Origin: an uncultured Gammaproteobacteria bacterium
Lineage (GTDB): Bacteria; Pseudomonadota; Gammaproteobacteria; UBA9214
Length of the DNA stretch: 64,000 bases
NCBI GenBank assembly: GCA_963748215.1
Contig: CAVVHS010000006.1
Span: 448,001-512,000, forward strand
Reading direction: 5' to 3'
Below the pieces are notes generated by a model. The model had not been told where the DNA came from. It saw nothing but the letters and a program-made list of their open reading frames with translations, and did no database searches. Made by a program: the position numbers and the translations under genes. How positions within the stretch are numbered: the first letter of the stretch is position 1; each line of letters begins with the position of its first letter. Below, piece after piece: positions 59,337 through 64,000 of the stretch.

Positions 59337-59918
59337 TTATTGTGCGGCAACCAGCCGCGCCAGTTCATCCAGGGCGAGGCTTGACCTGTTCAGGCTGAAG
59401 GTAGCCCTGGTCTGTCCCCAGGGCCAGCGCAGAAAGGTCACGTTAAGTGCGCGTCCCGTGCGTATCTGTTGCAGCAGGTTGTTATCGGCAATCACGCAAC
59501 CGGTAGCGTTTTGTGCGCCGAGCTGAATGGGCGGGTTGCTGTCGACCTGCAGGCTGACGCCTTTCACGGGATAGTCATGTCCGAATATGCACACGGAACG
59601 GGTGGGCCTGGGTTCACCCTTCAACCAGGAGATCCAGAGCACCGGTGTCGGATGATAGATCTCGTCGCCATAGGACTCGGTAATCTTGCCGTAGGTTTCA
59701 GCCGTGCATTGGGTCGAGAAGTTGACCTCCTCGTAGAGACAGTCCACGCGCCAGTTGCCGAAATTCACCCTGCGCTCGCGTACCCCCTGCCGTTTTGTTT
59801 GCACTGTGCGCTCTTGCGCGGTACTGGCCGGCTGGTCTTCGGTGGCAGTACCGGCCGGGAAATTGGCGCAACCGGTGGCCAGCAGGGAAATCAGAAACAG
59901 GCTTGCAGGAAATTTCAT
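59337..59918 (-). CDS. hypothetical lipoprotein
   Basis: Lipobox ATGC; FGNWRVDC...C pattern loosely IalB-like. Confidence 0.75.
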   Translation of the reverse strand: MKFPASLFLISLLATGCANFPAGTATEDQPASTAQERTVQTKRQGVRERRVNFGNWRVDCLYEEVNFSTQCTAETYGKITESYGDEIYHPTPVLWISWLKGEPRPTRSVCIFGHDYPVKGVSLQVDSNPPIQLGAQNATGCVIADNNLLQQIRTGRALNVTFLRWPWGQTRATFSLNRSSLALDELARLVAAQ

Positions 59919-60065
59919 GGCTCACTCCAGCGCGACGGAAATCAGTAAAATGGGGGCAGAACCCGATTATTTATCAGATTGCCGGATTCATAAAGGCGCC
60001 GGGACATATTTTTAGCTATATTTCGGGTTACCGATCCTGAACTCACTTATTCCCGCGGAGGAACC

Positions 60066-60848
60066 ATGTTGCGATTCTTATCGACATTCCTGCTGTTGCT
60101 GGCGTGCCTGCCGGTCCAGGCGGCCGTCATTGGCCAGGAAGTCTCCTACCAGGCCGGCGATACCGGGATGAAAGGCTATCTGGCCTGGGATGATGCCGTG
60201 CAGGGCAAGCGTCCGGGGGTGCTGGTCGTGCACGAGTGGTGGGGGCACAATGCCTACGCACGCCGGCGTGCCGAGATGCTTGCTGCCCTGGGTTATACCG
60301 CGCTGGCGGTCGACATGTACGGTGCGGGCAAGACCGCTGACCATCCCGAGGACGCCGGCAAGTTTTCCGGTGCCGTGCGCAAGGACCTGCCGCTGATGAA
60401 GGCACGCTTCGATGCGGCACGCCATTTTCTCGATGAACAGCCCACCGTGGACCCGAAAAAGAATGCCGCCATCGGCTACTGCTTCGGCGGCAGCGTCGTA
60501 CTGGAGATGGCGCGCCAGGGCGAGGATCTCGCCGGGGTGGTGAGTTTCCACGGCAGCCTCGGCGGGCTTGGCCCGGTCAGTGACAAGGTGAAGGCGAAGA
60601 TCCTGGTTGCCAATGGCGCCGATGATCCGTTCGTGACGGCGGAGCAGATCGAGCTCTTCAGGCAGGACATGGATGCCGCGGGCGCGGACTACGAGTTCAT
60701 CAACTATCCCGGTGCAAAGCACAGTTTCACCAACCCGGATGCAGACGGCATCGGAAAAGAATTCGGCTTGCCGCTGGCCTACAATGCCGACGCCGATGCG
60801 GCATCGTGGCAGGCGATGCGGGATTTCCTCAAGACTATCTTCAAATGA
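60066..60848 (+). CDS. dienelactone hydrolase family protein
   Basis: VVHEWWG, GYCFGG, SFHG, YPGAKHSF; signal peptide. Confidence 0.93.
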   Translation: MLRFLSTFLLLLACLPVQAAVIGQEVSYQAGDTGMKGYLAWDDAVQGKRPGVLVVHEWWGHNAYARRRAEMLAALGYTALAVDMYGAGKTADHPEDAGKFSGAVRKDLPLMKARFDAARHFLDEQPTVDPKKNAAIGYCFGGSVVLEMARQGEDLAGVVSFHGSLGGLGPVSDKVKAKILVANGADDPFVTAEQIELFRQDMDAAGADYEFINYPGAKHSFTNPDADGIGKEFGLPLAYNADADAASWQAMRDFLKTIFK

Positions 60849-61138
60849 CAGTGCAGCGGATCAGGGGCGGTTATCGCGCCGGCCGGTTGCACGTACAACC
60901 TGCCCCGGGTTGTGCCGGCGATTTCAGTTCGAGACCCCCGTCTGGCCGGTTCACCCGCGAGACCCCCTCTCTGCATACAGGGCCGCTGCCCTGTCCTGCC
61001 TTCCCGGAGTGCATTTGCCCGGCGGGCGGTCATTACAGGCGATTTACAGCTGAAAATACCGTCTTGTGTTGAGGTTACATGCCGGTTACGACACTATTGA
61101 CGGTATGCGGCTGACAATACCGAGAGGAGCGAGACCCC

Positions 61139-61633
61139 ATGGATAAAGGCGTGACCAATATCGCTGTTTTGTTGCTGATACTTGTATGCTTCTGGATTTT
61201 CTTTCTCTGGAAGAACTCCCGCAAGCTGAACAGCGACATCAAGCAGGTCGCACAACAGCACAGTCTCATCCGGCATGACGACCCTGTGCGCAATCTGTGC
61301 AGGGCGATCCACCTGATCAATCCGAACGTCTCGGCCGGCGTCGATTTCGTTATCCGGCATGATCACCCGGACCGGGACCCGGTCATCGCCCAATGGAATG
61401 CCGATGCCCCGCGACCGACAGACGAGCAAATAAGGAACGCACTGAAAGAGGTCGCGAGTACCTACCACGAGCAGGAATACGCCGACATGCGCCGGGCCGA
61501 ATATCCGAGCATGGAGGAGCAGCTGGAGGCGGCCTACGAGGCACGCCAGGGTAACAACGCCAGGCAGCTCGAGGTCGACGAGAAGATCCGCCGCGTCAGG
61601 GAGAAATACCCCAAGTCGGACGAGTGTGGGTAG
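61139..61633 (+). CDS. membrane-anchored protein with XkdW/phage tail-chaperone-like domain
   Basis: N-terminal TM; DFVI...IAQWN...PRPT..QI; RRAEYPSMEEQL...VREKYPK; GAGGAG RBS. Confidence 0.65.
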   Translation: MDKGVTNIAVLLLILVCFWIFFLWKNSRKLNSDIKQVAQQHSLIRHDDPVRNLCRAIHLINPNVSAGVDFVIRHDHPDRDPVIAQWNADAPRPTDEQIRNALKEVASTYHEQEYADMRRAEYPSMEEQLEAAYEARQGNNARQLEVDEKIRRVREKYPKSDECG

Positions 61634-61702
61634 ACTGGCGCGTGGGCATGCGCTGGCCTTGTATGTCCTGCCAGCGCCGGTCCGGACATCAGTCGCACGA
61701 CG

Positions 61703-62296
61703 TCAGAGCAGCACCCAGCTGCCATCCTGCTGCCGGCAGGCACGGCCGTACACCTGCTCCAGTCGTCCACCGATCGAGGCGCGCGTGCTGTACTCACGGC
61801 AATAGCGGCCATCCGGGGCGCGGTAGGTGTTCTGCGGTGTAACCTGGTAATCGGCGCCGTTGTCCGGATTGCGCCAGCGGACCGGGGTCCGGTCCGGCGC
61901 GTGCTCCAGGGTCTGACCGATGCATTGCTGGTCGCTGGCATTCATGCTGCGGCCGATTGACCGGCCGACCAGGATGCCGATAACCGTACCGGCGATAGTT
62001 GCTGCGGTACGGCCCGATCCCTTGCCGACCTGATTGCCGGCAATACCACCGACCACGCCGCCCAGCAAGGCACCGAGCGTGTCGCGATCGCAACGTCCGC
62101 CAAGAATGAATCGATTCTCGTACTCACGACCGTGCCAGGGCAGGATTGGTGGGTAGTCATGCTGATCCCGGTGCTTGTTGCGGTAGCCGTGCGCGGGCGC
62201 CCACGGTGGCGGCTTGGCCAGCACTGGACTGGCGATAGTCAGTACCAGTGTTGCGGCCAGTGCTGATTTCACGATGCCTTGCAGTCTCTGATTCAT
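61703..62296 (-). CDS. glycine-zipper 17-kDa surface-antigen-like protein
   Basis: PPPWAPAHGYR; GALLGGVVGG...GRSIG; WRNPD; YCREY...GRACRQQDGSW. Confidence 0.88.
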   Translation of the reverse strand: MNQRLQGIVKSALAATLVLTIASPVLAKPPPWAPAHGYRNKHRDQHDYPPILPWHGREYENRFILGGRCDRDTLGALLGGVVGGIAGNQVGKGSGRTAATIAGTVIGILVGRSIGRSMNASDQQCIGQTLEHAPDRTPVRWRNPDNGADYQVTPQNTYRAPDGRYCREYSTRASIGGRLEQVYGRACRQQDGSWVLL

Positions 62297-62526
62297 GATT
62301 GCCCTGCTCCCGATAAAGCTGGTCTTGAATGGTCAATTGAAACACGGGGTGAATACTGTGCGCTGTCGCCGGTTTCATCCTGTCCTGGCGGCAGAATTGA
62401 CGCCAACCTGAGTCGCGTTGGTAGTACCCGGCCCGGAATCCGGCAGCTGTCATACAGCACGCTGACCGTACCGTCCGGCTGTGACGGGATGGCGGACGAG
62501 AGCGATCAGGGAACGTGCCCGTTGCG

Positions 62527-64000
<1,474 letters not shown>

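Noticed and set aside
60849-61138. Recurrent CGAGACCCC motif (three copies) as a structured RNA
   Set aside because: Short, GC-rich and irregularly spaced, with no consistent fold that I can support

Overview
GC-rich gammaproteobacterial chromosome segment, probably from a sulfur-storing sulfur oxidiser (inferred from a sulfur globule protein gene and a periplasmic DsrE-family gene). The first ~20.2 kb is the main object of interest: two divergent operons of mostly uncharacterised envelope proteins. They combine an ExbB/ExbD-type proton motor and large TPR proteins in an order resembling the Myxococcus Agl-Glt core, ApbE flavin transferase, a Tat-exported DUF1501-like protein, three c-type heme proteins, three outer-membrane barrels, a TlpA thioredoxin and a small lipoprotein ending in GCGCN. 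A second unexplained module (22.3-28.7 kb) encodes a membrane-anchored pentaheme/TPR protein, a CRTAC1/ASPIC-UnbV protein and a TPR protein. tRNA-Ser(TGA) lies in ~172-bp repeats on both sides. The rest holds a CCAEP-tail radical SAM gene heading a glycerophosphodiester/glycerol catabolic run, rnd, yadGH, fpr, an NdvB-like glucan synthase, rluE, partial metH, several intergenic repeat elements, an internally deleted asparaginase and an orphan phage-like gene. Four single-base insertions (two in metH) look like sequencing errors. No CRISPR array, rRNA, integrase or transposase was seen. All family assignments come from motif recognition by eye, not database searches.
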